Source: a virus (lineage: Duplodnaviria; Caudoviricetes). From it: a stretch of DNA of 54,146 nt. The first letter of the stretch is position 1; each line of letters opens with the position of its first letter. A program made the position numbers and the translations under genes. Below the pieces are notes generated by a model. It worked only from the letters and a program-made list of their open reading frames with translations, did no database searches and was not told where the DNA came from. The stretch covers positions 1 through 54,146 of IMG/VR virus record IMGVR_UViG_3300032242_001353, one strand, 5' to 3'. Below are positions 27,976-37,371 of the stretch, in pieces.

Positions 27976-28538
27976 TTTTTTCTCACAATGAACATGATAT
28001 TATCAGGGAAACCAGCAATCTCTCTGGTGTCAACAATTTCATAAGTGCAATCTTCTGGTACTAAAGTTTTGAAATCTTCGGTTGATGCATAGTCTTGAAT
28101 ATCTTCAATCACCAACACACCACCAGAATTTAATTTGTTTGCATATAATCGTAAACACTCCATCTGACTTTCTTTTGTGTGTTCACCATCATCAATAATA
28201 ATATCAAATTTACCTAAGAAGTTTGCAAAGTTTTCACTGAGTGCATTTTGTATATACACCATAACATCATTTAAATCTTTGGTATTATATAATGAACCAA
28301 AGTCAATGACATCTACACCAACAATTTTGGCCTTGCTGAAGTATTCTCTCCAAAGAATAAGACTACCACCACGGAATATACCAATCTCTAACAATCTAAT
28401 ATCTTTATCTTGGTACTTTGCAAATTCTTTATCATAGAATGTACTGCAATACTTATGTACTTCTTTGTCGGTGCCATTTGTGTGATTTGTTCTATTATCA
28501 AGGCCTTTTTCTTCAATAATTTCAACTAATGTTTTCAT
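27972..28538 (-). CDS. class I SAM-dependent (sugar O-) methyltransferase
   Basis: TDK..H.Y...Y, LEIGI..GGSL..W, DIIIDDG.H, GGVLVIED. Confidence 0.88.
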   Translation of the reverse strand: MKTLVEIIEEKGLDNRTNHTNGTDKEVHKYCSTFYDKEFAKYQDKDIRLLEIGIFRGGSLILWREYFSKAKIVGVDVIDFGSLYNTKDLNDVMVYIQNALSENFANFLGKFDIIIDDGEHTKESQMECLRLYANKLNSGGVLVIEDIQDYASTEDFKTLVPEDCTYEIVDTREIAGFPDNIMFIVRKN

Positions 28539-29419
28539 GCACCCACCTTATATGTAAAAAATTGCGATTCATCTTCTTGTTCATATTTTTCCATAACATT
28601 TTTCTTCCATTCTGGTACACGATCATATTGATGTACAATAACAAAAGGTGTTTCTTTTTTATAATTGTAACTATCTCGACCTGTTAATACTAAACCGTCT
28701 TTGAAAATGGGTTCAGCATCCAATAGATGTGGCCTGAATTGTTCCATTTTTGATGGGTCAGCAGTAGTACCAGCTTGACATGCCCAAGCATCAGATTGAT
28801 CGGCAAACATCGTGATGTCTTTATATGGTTGAGTATTCAATAGAACATTATATACTGCTTGGTCAACGATAGGAATAGGCCTATTGATTGAATTAAAGAA
28901 TATGTTGAACATCAAGTCTTTAACATACTCTGTGTAACCACCGATGGTTCCTACGTTGTATATCTCATTCTTTTTAAATTGTTCATGTACATACGGACCA
29001 TAGGCCTGCATCAAGTTTTCATTGCCCCATGGTTCATCTTCATACTTCATACTTTCTGAACCAGCAACTAGTTTAAGTTGAGTTAAATTTTCTCCTAACC
29101 ATGTAAATGGATCACGTTGAAAGTAAACATCTTTCACATCAGTGGTAACAACAAATTTATAATCTTGCCACGTATCTTTAAGATAATTATAGATAGCCAA
29201 GAAACGACCTACATGAATAGGTACGTTTGGAATTTGTGGCATATCAATTAAGAGGAAGTCTTTTGCTACCAGTTTTTGTCTTGTTTCTTGTGATATGTTA
29301 CCAACAATTAATACTCTATCTGTATATACATCACAAACTTTATCAATTGATTCTACCCAAGGTTTTAGTTGATTGTAATTGTAACCAGTTGCTGCACCTA
29401 TAATTAGATTTCTTTCCAT
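28535..29419 (-). CDS. GT-A fold glycosyltransferase
   Basis: TDVKDVYFQ.DPF, N.G.IGG, DQAVYN, HQYDR. Confidence 0.75.
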   Translation of the reverse strand: MERNLIIGAATGYNYNQLKPWVESIDKVCDVYTDRVLIVGNISQETRQKLVAKDFLLIDMPQIPNVPIHVGRFLAIYNYLKDTWQDYKFVVTTDVKDVYFQRDPFTWLGENLTQLKLVAGSESMKYEDEPWGNENLMQAYGPYVHEQFKKNEIYNVGTIGGYTEYVKDLMFNIFFNSINRPIPIVDQAVYNVLLNTQPYKDITMFADQSDAWACQAGTTADPSKMEQFRPHLLDAEPIFKDGLVLTGRDSYNYKKETPFVIVHQYDRVPEWKKNVMEKYEQEDESQFFTYKVGA

Positions 29420-30114
29420 GGCAATTTCCCTTCATATTGTTCCATCATCTTTTTGTTACCTTCATCAAAAAATTCTTTAGTCACAGAACCTGGATTACCA
29501 TCTAATCTATAGTTTACTGTATAAAGTTTTGTACATTCCCACTTCTTAAAGTGTGTAGATATGGTTTGTAAGAATACTCTATCTTGACCCCAACCACCAT
29601 GCCATACAGAAGCCAATCGAATCAAAACTTCTCTACGTATGCAGTAAGAATTTGTATCGATATGATTTACTTTTGTCCATGCCAACCATTGACCTAGACT
29701 TTCACAATCATCGTTGCAGATATAGTTACCATCTTTATCTACAATTTTTCTTAGTGAATAAGACCAATCAAGATTCTTCTGTTTGATTTTGACCACACAT
29801 TCACCAACGTGTTCTTTATCAAACCAACAATCTTGGTCTAAGAATAAAACATATTCTTCATTGACCAGATGTGAGAAAGCTGCATAGACACGATGGCCAT
29901 AAAAACCATTTGCACCTACGTTGTCTGGTAAATAACAAACTCTAAAGTTAGGATTTCCCAAGTATTCATCTGCAATAGTTTTGACTTTGCCTTTGAATTG
30001 TTCACCATCACATACCAAATATAACTTGGTGGGATATGTTTGATTTAAAACACTTTCGATTGCAGTACGTACTTCAGGTTCACCTGTTGTAGGTAATATA
30101 ACAACAGCACTCAT
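29404..30114 (-). CDS. GT2 family glycosyltransferase
   Basis: AIESVLNQTY, VCDG, FLDQD, WGQDR. Confidence 0.88.
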   Translation of the reverse strand: MSAVVILPTTGEPEVRTAIESVLNQTYPTKLYLVCDGEQFKGKVKTIADEYLGNPNFRVCYLPDNVGANGFYGHRVYAAFSHLVNEEYVLFLDQDCWFDKEHVGECVVKIKQKNLDWSYSLRKIVDKDGNYICNDDCESLGQWLAWTKVNHIDTNSYCIRREVLIRLASVWHGGWGQDRVFLQTISTHFKKWECTKLYTVNYRLDGNPGSVTKEFFDEGNKKMMEQYEGKLPWKEI

Positions 30115-30455
30115 AATATATCTCCTAGTCCTTTATTTCTTTCCAAATTAATTGCTATAGCTGTTTGTAATCCACTAGGTTTGCTATCATTAATAACAAT
30201 ACGTTCACCCAATGGCATATTAAACATTATATGGTCAAATGTTATTTCGTTTTCTTGTAGAAATTTAATTGTTGATTTGTCGTATTCAGATGGACGACCC
30301 GTGACAAGTACAACACAATCACCTTCAGGTATCTTTGCCCAGAATTCTTTAACACCAGGTAATAGTTTTTCAATTCCTGTTTTGTATCCGTTATGTTCTA
30401 GTACAGTTCCATCCAGATCAATAAACCAAGTATGACCAAGTTCACTTAAATTCAT
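30111..30455 (-). CDS. small HAD-superfamily phosphatase
   Basis: FIDLDGTV, VTGR, IND motifs. Confidence 0.85.
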   Translation of the reverse strand: MNLSELGHTWFIDLDGTVLEHNGYKTGIEKLLPGVKEFWAKIPEGDCVVLVTGRPSEYDKSTIKFLQENEITFDHIMFNMPLGERIVINDSKPSGLQTAIAINLERNKGLGDIL

Positions 30456-32002
30456 AGTTTTTTAATTCCTTCTTCTAACCAATATAGGCCATAGTAGAAT
30501 GAACCGATAATACTGTCTATATCATCTTTCACATAACCACTTAGTGCCAACCAAATGAGTCCATGTATCACCTCAATCTTGCCTTTGTCTGCACCAAAGT
30601 AATCATTGAAGATTAATTCGGCACATTCGGTGAACTTTGGTTTCTCCATTAATATTTCAACTGTTTCATCATCAACGTGCAATTTAAATTTTCTACGATT
30701 GAAGGCATCATAACCACCTACCGCAGAATAATACAACTTTGCAAAATCATACATCTTATCACCATAGATACCAGGTGTTGAAAAGTATCCACGAGGGTCA
30801 ATATACCATGTTCTTAGATTATTGTCAACCAGTGTATTACTGAAAGTTGGATCACCATGAATTGGATGGAATGTTTTAGGTATCAAATGTTCGTGTACAA
30901 TAGATGCCAGTAAATCTTTATCTAACAAAATGTTTTTACATTTTCTACCATTTACAGTAATAGAATCTTTATCATAATTAGGAATTAATTTACTAACACT
31001 TTCAACTCTATTGATTGTTTTATAAAGATAAACATCTGATGTTTCATGTACAACAGAAGGCTTTGTTCCTTTGTCATGCAATGCACTTAATGAATCGATG
31101 TAATCACACATGACAGCACGACGCTCACGATCAGATAGATCATCCATTTGATATGCGTGTCTGCCATTAATCTTTTGTAATGTGTATGGTGTTGTAGATA
31201 ACACTTCAGGTATACGTCTGAAACCTAAGTTCTTAGCAGTCTTATACCACTCTTGTTCTTTGTCAATTAGATGTTCGTAATTAGGATCGATGGCCTTTTT
31301 AGTTACAACCTCATCACCAATAACAACTTCATTGAAGAACCTACTAAACCCTGCTTGATCGTTTTGTAATTCAATTGTATCAAAGTCACCAAGTTCTTCC
31401 ATGTCATTGAATTGCAGTGTATCATATTGTGTGACATTATTACAGAACCACTTAACAAATTCTGCATTGTCTGGAGGTATTGGAAAATGTGAGTTCTTAT
31501 AGAAGTGAAATATACCAGGAACACCTGTTTTATTTGAGGGTTTATTTTGTAATCTGAAGTTATCATTAACCGACCATCTACAAGTAAATGCAGATGTGAT
31601 ATAAACAATCGGTAACATATTCTGTGGTAATTGAACAGGCCAACTGTAAGGTACTAATTCGGGTATATCAAGTGGTTTGGTCAACAACAAATCACTCCAC
31701 ATTAAAATGACTTGTGCATTTTCTGGAATGTTTTCTAAGACTTCAGAAATACCTGATGAGGTACCTTTGCCTTGTGCTTTATAGAGTGTGTATTCAACAC
31801 CTGGATCATTAGTGTTTAGATAAGCATCTAACTGTTCATAACCATAATCACCAATGATATGAAAATGTGCATTGGTAAATTTATCAAACAAATGATATAA
31901 TATTGGTTTACCTTTGACTGAAACTAAACACTTTGGTTTGTTCCATGTGAAGTGTCTCAACCTACTACCACGGCCACCGGCCTGTACAATAACATGAATC
32001 AT
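30452..32002 (-). CDS. NTP-transferase fused to a choline/aminoglycoside kinase-like domain
   Basis: QAGGRGSRL...KPKCL N-terminus; IHGDPTFSN, IDPRG, YDFAKL C-terminus. Confidence 0.85.
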   Translation of the reverse strand: MIHVIVQAGGRGSRLRHFTWNKPKCLVSVKGKPILYHLFDKFTNAHFHIIGDYGYEQLDAYLNTNDPGVEYTLYKAQGKGTSSGISEVLENIPENAQVILMWSDLLLTKPLDIPELVPYSWPVQLPQNMLPIVYITSAFTCRWSVNDNFRLQNKPSNKTGVPGIFHFYKNSHFPIPPDNAEFVKWFCNNVTQYDTLQFNDMEELGDFDTIELQNDQAGFSRFFNEVVIGDEVVTKKAIDPNYEHLIDKEQEWYKTAKNLGFRRIPEVLSTTPYTLQKINGRHAYQMDDLSDRERRAVMCDYIDSLSALHDKGTKPSVVHETSDVYLYKTINRVESVSKLIPNYDKDSITVNGRKCKNILLDKDLLASIVHEHLIPKTFHPIHGDPTFSNTLVDNNLRTWYIDPRGYFSTPGIYGDKMYDFAKLYYSAVGGYDAFNRRKFKLHVDDETVEILMEKPKFTECAELIFNDYFGADKGKIEVIHGLIWLALSGYVKDDIDSIIGSFYYGLYWLEEGIKKL

Positions 32003-32703
32003 AATATACCCGCTTTAACCATTTCCTCTCTAATCACATCAGAACTATTTGTGTAAAGTCCATCACCACAATAGTCTGTCCAATTTCTTGTTGTCAATCT
32101 ATGTATGTGTTGTGTTCCTTCATTCAACACAGGTTCAACAAGATACTTTCTCAACAAAATTTCAATTGGGTCTGGACCTTCTGGTAATGGGAAATGATTT
32201 GCAATTCTTTTTGGTCTGAATGCCATGATGCAAGCATTTGCTTCACGATCTTGACCAGGATATACGGCAACCTCGGCACTGACAGCAACAGGACCAATGC
32301 AAAGGCCATAATCTTCATTGACAACTTCTTTTAGTGTTGCACCAGTGGTAAAGAAATGATCTTCACATAAACATAAAACTATATCGTCAACATCTTTAAA
32401 GGTATCGTGTATCAGATTGAAACTCTCGGCAAAAAACATTCCATTGTGTGGATGTCCTGCACCTGAAGTTCCATGAATGTGTGGACTATCATGTACGTCT
32501 GTTCTACTAGCAGTCCACTTTGTTTGATGATTGGTGTTTTTTATCCAATCATATAAAGGTTCTTGGTTGGCATACTCAGCCACTGGATTATGTTTGTAGA
32601 AAGTAAAACAATGAAACTCAGCATCTGGTATAAAATGTTTCACACTTAATGCAGTCAAATTCACCATCTTATTACGAAAATAATTACGAAATGCAACAAT
32701 CAT
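31999..32703 (-). CDS. putative GT-A fold glycosyltransferase
   Basis: SVKHFIP, LCEDHFF, NACIM; location in the glycan cluster. Confidence 0.5.
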   Translation of the reverse strand: MIVAFRNYFRNKMVNLTALSVKHFIPDAEFHCFTFYKHNPVAEYANQEPLYDWIKNTNHQTKWTASRTDVHDSPHIHGTSGAGHPHNGMFFAESFNLIHDTFKDVDDIVLCLCEDHFFTTGATLKEVVNEDYGLCIGPVAVSAEVAVYPGQDREANACIMAFRPKRIANHFPLPEGPDPIEILLRKYLVEPVLNEGTQHIHRLTTRNWTDYCGDGLYTNSSDVIREEMVKAGIL

Positions 32704-32729
32704 TTTAAGTCCTTTTCACTTTTGAACAT

Positions 32730-33011
32730 TTAACCTCTTGTTAGTTTTATTATTCTTTCTATCTGCTTCTCAATAACTGGCTTACGGTTTGGCCAGTATA
32801 TGTATTCTTTGTCTCCCGTAGAGTGTAGTTTCTGCAAGAAAGGTATAATTAGTTTTTCAACTTCATCTAACCTTGTCTTATAATCGTCAGCAGTTTCGGC
32901 TGTCTTGTTGATTATAGAATTATATTCTTCTTCAGATACGGCAGAGAAACCAAAATCATCTTCGACATTTTGGTATTCTTTGAATAGTTTGTCAAAATCA
33001 GTGAGTGGCAT
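32730..33011 (-). CDS. conserved T4-like hypothetical protein
   Basis: DDFGFSAV, IIPFL..L...DKEYIYWPNR. Confidence 0.8.
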   Translation of the reverse strand: MPLTDFDKLFKEYQNVEDDFGFSAVSEEEYNSIINKTAETADDYKTRLDEVEKLIIPFLQKLHSTGDKEYIYWPNRKPVIEKQIERIIKLTRG

Positions 33012-33444
33012 TTATCTCTTTCTTAATATCATTAAACATTATATACAATTCTATTAAAGATGTCAAGTACAAATAGTTACCTTTAAAGAATTTTGTTACA
33101 GTATTCTTTTCAAATTGCCTATTTCTTCTTGTATCTGCTTCTTTTGCGGCAAGTATTCTTCTATTTGAATCTTGTTCGGCATTATCGATAACTCTTACCG
33201 CTGTTACTATTACATTACTACCAACATGTAATGCCGTTTTTATATAATCTTTATATCTTTGTGTGGTTGCAATTTGATTAGAAAAGGCAACAGGTATAGA
33301 AAGTCTTTTCAGAGAAGCAAGTCTTGCCATTTCTTTTACTCTAACTTTATTATGTTTTGTTGCCCAATCATTAACTAGGTTTAAGGCCTTTTCTATTGCC
33401 TTATCTCCTAAAAAGATTGAATCTTGAATATCGTCTAGTGTCAT
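32998..33444 (-). CDS. hypothetical protein
   Basis: ORF track; start moved to MTLDDIQ. Confidence 0.65.
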   Translation of the reverse strand: MTLDDIQDSIFLGDKAIEKALNLVNDWATKHNKVRVKEMARLASLKRLSIPVAFSNQIATTQRYKDYIKTALHVGSNVIVTAVRVIDNAEQDSNRRILAAKEADTRRNRQFEKNTVTKFFKGNYLYLTSLIELYIMFNDIKKEINATH

Positions 33445-33445
33445 T

Positions 33446-34546
33446 TTAACTATACTTAATAAAAATACTACTATTTTCTGTGGCAGAAGAACCATAACCA
33501 TATAACCATTTAGTTACAGCATCTTCTTTCTTTTGTTTTTTAATTGTATAACAATAATCTACACCAATATACTTAGACATCCACCAGGTCTTATCTTTGC
33601 GTTGAGCTGCTTTTGCTTGTGTAATTAAAGATTCTATTTTCTCAGAAGAACCAGATAGTTCTTTAAACATCGTTGCAAACTTTTTAAATGTTTCCTCAGT
33701 TGGTTTTAGAATTTCAGGTGCAAACTGTTGAGGTGTGGTTAATTTACTCTGTTGAACTCCACACTTTATTGCTGCACTCATTACAATACCACCACCGATT
33801 TTACCACCAGCAGCAGTCTTACCTTTAATCTCACCTTGCCAAGAACTAGGTACTGGACGACTGGAGAAATTTCTCAATTGAATCTCACCATCTTTACCAT
33901 TTGATTTAAATTGAATGTATATGTCTTTTGAATCAAACATATTTTTACCTAATTTAAACCCAGTAAAATCGGCCAAAGGTGGTTTTCCATTATTGTATAT
34001 CTGTGAGTGTGCATCACCTTTTGGTACCTTCTTCAATGAAATGCCAATCAAATTAGTTTTGGCAAATTCATTATAGATGTAATCATTATACTCAGCTAAA
34101 GTTTTAAATCCACCTTTAAAGTTAAAACCTTTTTTTACCATCCAGATGTCTGCTGGATTCCACTTATCATCACCAACAATTCCACTATCTTTTCTGAATT
34201 TAGCAAACTCAGAATAAATCTGCCCAACTAATTTACCACCACGATAGAATGTAAACTTGTTTGATTTGTTATCTGGAACATCATGAAAGATGGCATTAGC
34301 AGTTACAATAACACTATGAAACCAACCTTCATCAAGGCCTCTCATACAAGCAGATAATGACCGATCACAGTCCGCATCTTTTATTGTCTTATCGGTTATC
34401 TGAGATACATCGGTTAAATCTTTACCTAGATGTTGTCTTGTGGCACACGCATATGCTTGTAAACTTTCACCTAGTGCAGTCACCTCAGAACCAGCACCAG
34501 AACCCATGGTCGGTGCAGCTTTGACTGTCTTTGGAATTGCAGGCAT
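33446..34546 (-). CDS. putative PD-(D/E)XK-like endonuclease
   Basis: T..GES, DKWNPADIW, LIGISLKK, WQGE..G..A.GG motifs seen in aquatic T4-like phages. Confidence 0.65.
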   Translation of the reverse strand: MPAIPKTVKAAPTMGSGAGSEVTALGESLQAYACATRQHLGKDLTDVSQITDKTIKDADCDRSLSACMRGLDEGWFHSVIVTANAIFHDVPDNKSNKFTFYRGGKLVGQIYSEFAKFRKDSGIVGDDKWNPADIWMVKKGFNFKGGFKTLAEYNDYIYNEFAKTNLIGISLKKVPKGDAHSQIYNNGKPPLADFTGFKLGKNMFDSKDIYIQFKSNGKDGEIQLRNFSSRPVPSSWQGEIKGKTAAGGKIGGGIVMSAAIKCGVQQSKLTTPQQFAPEILKPTEETFKKFATMFKELSGSSEKIESLITQAKAAQRKDKTWWMSKYIGVDYCYTIKKQKKEDAVTKWLYGYGSSATENSSIFIKYS

Positions 34547-34547
34547 T

Positions 34548-34581
34548 TAAATACTCCTCATTGATTGGTGGAGTATTTATT
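34548..34581 (-). promoter_or_regulatory. RBS-sequestering hairpin overlapped by late promoter AATAAATA
   Basis: TAAATACTCC/GGAGTATTTA 10-bp inverted repeat covering the SD; promoter at 34574-34581 lies in the 5' arm. Confidence 0.75.
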
Positions 34582-34589
34582 TTACACGA

Positions 34590-35693
34590 TTACCGGATAA
34601 TGTCAATAGGTTTACCGCTTGTCCAGACCTCTAATTCTGTTCTTAAACGACCTTCAGATTGAAGCGTCTGGAATCTAGTAGTGGCCTTGTTTTTCCACCA
34701 CGCAACAATGTTCTTAAAATCATGTTTACCATAGTTGTCGCCTTTTAACAACACATCGGTCTTTCCGTTGACATAATCGACCATGTTTTTGAAACCATAA
34801 TCAGAGATATAATACCTTTTTTGCTCTGTTAAGTTTTTTGCATTATCGATAGTTGTTTGAAATGCAACACCTTCTGGAGTACCTTTCAGTGCGGCCTTAG
34901 TCAAGGCAATAATCTTCATACTGATTTTAAGTTTCTTACTTGATACATCTTTATCAACCAGTTCACCAACTTTAGATTGTACAAAATCTCTTAGGTCAGA
35001 ATATGGTTTACCATGCATCATTGGTAAGAAATCAGATTCAGTTAGGCCTTTGTAACGAATATATGGTTTCATACCATCATACTGTGAAGTTGTTTTGGTA
35101 CTGCCATATAAACTAGTAGTTTCAAAGAGGCAAAGATTCATATTGTATTTCTTGTTTACAATCTCACGCATTTCATGTGAGGCACATATTGCAGCAAGAA
35201 GTTTACCACCAAGGTAATTATAACCAAATGGTTGACTAGGTACAATAACAAAACCCATCATTGCAGAGTTATTGAATCGTTTGGCACCTTCAGGAGTCTG
35301 TGTAAAGACCTGTCCAAGCATTTCATTACGAGGTTTACAGTTGATTACAGGTGAACCTAATCGAATGAATCCTACGTACTTTCCTGTATTCTTCTCTCTC
35401 ACTGCCACTTTGATGTTACGGCCAACTGGTGCAATGTTAATATGTGATGATGTAATACTCAACATTGATTCCCAAGATTCAGATGGTATTTCTACCACTT
35501 CTAAATCCATATCATTTGGATGCATGGTGAAATCAGAAAACAAATCATCTTCAACTGGAAATAAACCTTGTGGTATTTCTGATAATGAGTTTAACTTTTG
35601 ATCTCTCATGTATTCATCGATACGATCAAAGTTACTGAAATAATCATGAAATGCCTTGGCACAAACCATTGCATCTTCTTTAGTCAACATCAT
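34590..35693 (-). CDS. DUF4338-like protein
   Basis: PVGR.IK..V.E, GFIRLGSP, IVPSQPFGYNYLGGKLLA, ETTSLYG....SQY. Confidence 0.8.
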   Translation of the reverse strand: MMLTKEDAMVCAKAFHDYFSNFDRIDEYMRDQKLNSLSEIPQGLFPVEDDLFSDFTMHPNDMDLEVVEIPSESWESMLSITSSHINIAPVGRNIKVAVREKNTGKYVGFIRLGSPVINCKPRNEMLGQVFTQTPEGAKRFNNSAMMGFVIVPSQPFGYNYLGGKLLAAICASHEMREIVNKKYNMNLCLFETTSLYGSTKTTSQYDGMKPYIRYKGLTESDFLPMMHGKPYSDLRDFVQSKVGELVDKDVSSKKLKISMKIIALTKAALKGTPEGVAFQTTIDNAKNLTEQKRYYISDYGFKNMVDYVNGKTDVLLKGDNYGKHDFKNIVAWWKNKATTRFQTLQSEGRLRTELEVWTSGKPIDIIR

Positions 35694-37093
35694 ACTTTAA
35701 ATCCATTAAATGATTTCTTAGGAAAACTAGATAGTCGTTCACGTTCACCAAATGAATTTAGTGGCTTGTCATCTTGACCAGAATCAGCAATGCCATTTTG
35801 GCCTGATTGTTCAACATCATATAGTTTCATTTTTGATCGATCAATACCTAGAGTGAATCTCTTATCGGTAGTTGGATCATTATATCGATTCTTCAACTGC
35901 TTCACCATAATCTGATTCATTTCTTCCAATTGTTCAGAAGAAATAAGAGCAAACATCAAATCAGCGGTAGCTGGGAGTCCGAATGATTCACTTGTATCTT
36001 CGAGTCCTGGATCACTACTTGTGAATCCACTTCGTGTGGTCTGTGTTGCTGTAACAACTGGGACATTGAATTCAACTGCAAGTCCACGCAGCTCCTCAGC
36101 GATTGCCTTAACGTAGGTGTAGGAATTAATAGAAGCCCCAGGTTTAATACGAGAAGAACAGCAGATGTTAAGATAATCAATAAAGATGATATTAGGTAAA
36201 AAACTACGTTTGAGATTAAGTTCATTTAATAGTGTCCTAAAGTGGATGACCGATGCACTGGCCGTTGGATATTCTTTAATAATAAGTTTCCCTGTTGTCT
36301 TACTCTTTACACGTTCAACTCTTTTATCATAAATGTCTTTTGGTAAATTAACCAAATCATCAAGTGCTGTATTCAAAAGATTTGCATCTATTCGTTCCGC
36401 AATCTTTTCTTCAGCCATTTCCATAGTAATGTACAGTACGTTATAACCTTGTGACATACAACCAGCGGCAACATGACACATAAAAAGAGACTTACCAACA
36501 CCAGTACCAGCCAAGGCGACATTAAGTGTTTTCTTAGGTAACCCACCTTTTGTGATCTTATTAAGAAATTGTAGGTCGAAAGGGATTCTTTCTTCTTTTC
36601 TGTGGTAGAATTCATATCGTGCATCGGAGTTTTCTAGGTAATCATGGCCAATGTTTGTATCGAATCCTACAGCCAGTGAGTCAGCCAATATCTGGGGAAT
36701 CGATCCTTTGTCTTGTGTTTTATCCTTTCCATCGAGAATAGAAATAGCGGCCAAGACAGCATTATAAACAGCTTTCTCTTGACAAAATGCCTCGGATTTG
36801 TCGATGAGCCAAGCGATTTTGGTTTCATCCTTTGAAGTTTTTTCAATTTCTTGTAGATATGTTTGACATTGCGTAACTTCGTCAGATGAAAGATTTTTCT
36901 TTTCTTGCACGGCAAGTACAACAGCTTCAATCGTTGGTGTACTGTTGTACGTAGATATGAATGATGATATTTCATTGAAAAGAGTTCTTTCTATTCTGTC
37001 TGAAAAATATTCAGACTTCAGGAAAGGTAAAACCTTCCTGAGGTATTCTTCATTATAAATCAGGTTCTTTAATATCGTCTGTTCCAGCCTCAT
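35690..37093 (-). CDS. gp41: replicative DnaB-like helicase
   Basis: AGTGVGKS, YITMEMAEE, FIDYLN, AEELRGLA, TATQTTR, SESFG, QLKNRY. Confidence 0.96.
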   Translation of the reverse strand: MRLEQTILKNLIYNEEYLRKVLPFLKSEYFSDRIERTLFNEISSFISTYNSTPTIEAVVLAVQEKKNLSSDEVTQCQTYLQEIEKTSKDETKIAWLIDKSEAFCQEKAVYNAVLAAISILDGKDKTQDKGSIPQILADSLAVGFDTNIGHDYLENSDARYEFYHRKEERIPFDLQFLNKITKGGLPKKTLNVALAGTGVGKSLFMCHVAAGCMSQGYNVLYITMEMAEEKIAERIDANLLNTALDDLVNLPKDIYDKRVERVKSKTTGKLIIKEYPTASASVIHFRTLLNELNLKRSFLPNIIFIDYLNICCSSRIKPGASINSYTYVKAIAEELRGLAVEFNVPVVTATQTTRSGFTSSDPGLEDTSESFGLPATADLMFALISSEQLEEMNQIMVKQLKNRYNDPTTDKRFTLGIDRSKMKLYDVEQSGQNGIADSGQDDKPLNSFGERERLSSFPKKSFNGFKV

Positions 37094-37370
37094 CAATTAT
37101 TTCCTGTTCAATGTTAGATGACATTAGTTCGACCAACATATTGCCAATATAGTTTTTAAAATCCACATCTTTTTCCAACTTCTTTGCTTTGATGTCGGAT
37201 TCTAACACATCAAATGCAAAAAGTAAATGCATCTGTTCATCTTTTTCCTCAAACTTTACTTTACCATATTTGAATACGGTATCTTTATAAGGACCATCAA
37301 GTAGTTTGATGTGGACAGTTTGTGCATCTTCTTTAGGGTAGATAAAGCAATAATCTATTCCTTCTGTCAT
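37053..37370 (-). CDS. gp40-like protein (uvsX-40-41 synteny)
   Basis: Lies between uvsX and gp41; Y.YGKV.F...F...IG..L; start MTEGIDY. Confidence 0.6.
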   Translation of the reverse strand: MTEGIDYCFIYPKEDAQTVHIKLLDGPYKDTVFKYGKVKFEEKDEQMHLLFAFDVLESDIKAKKLEKDVDFKNYIGNMLVELMSSNIEQEIIDEAGTDDIKEPDL

Positions 37371-37371
37371 T

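Noticed and set aside
30111-30455. Naming the HAD phosphatase gmhB
   Set aside because: Lacks the GmhB DRDG and CxCRKP motifs; left as a generic HAD
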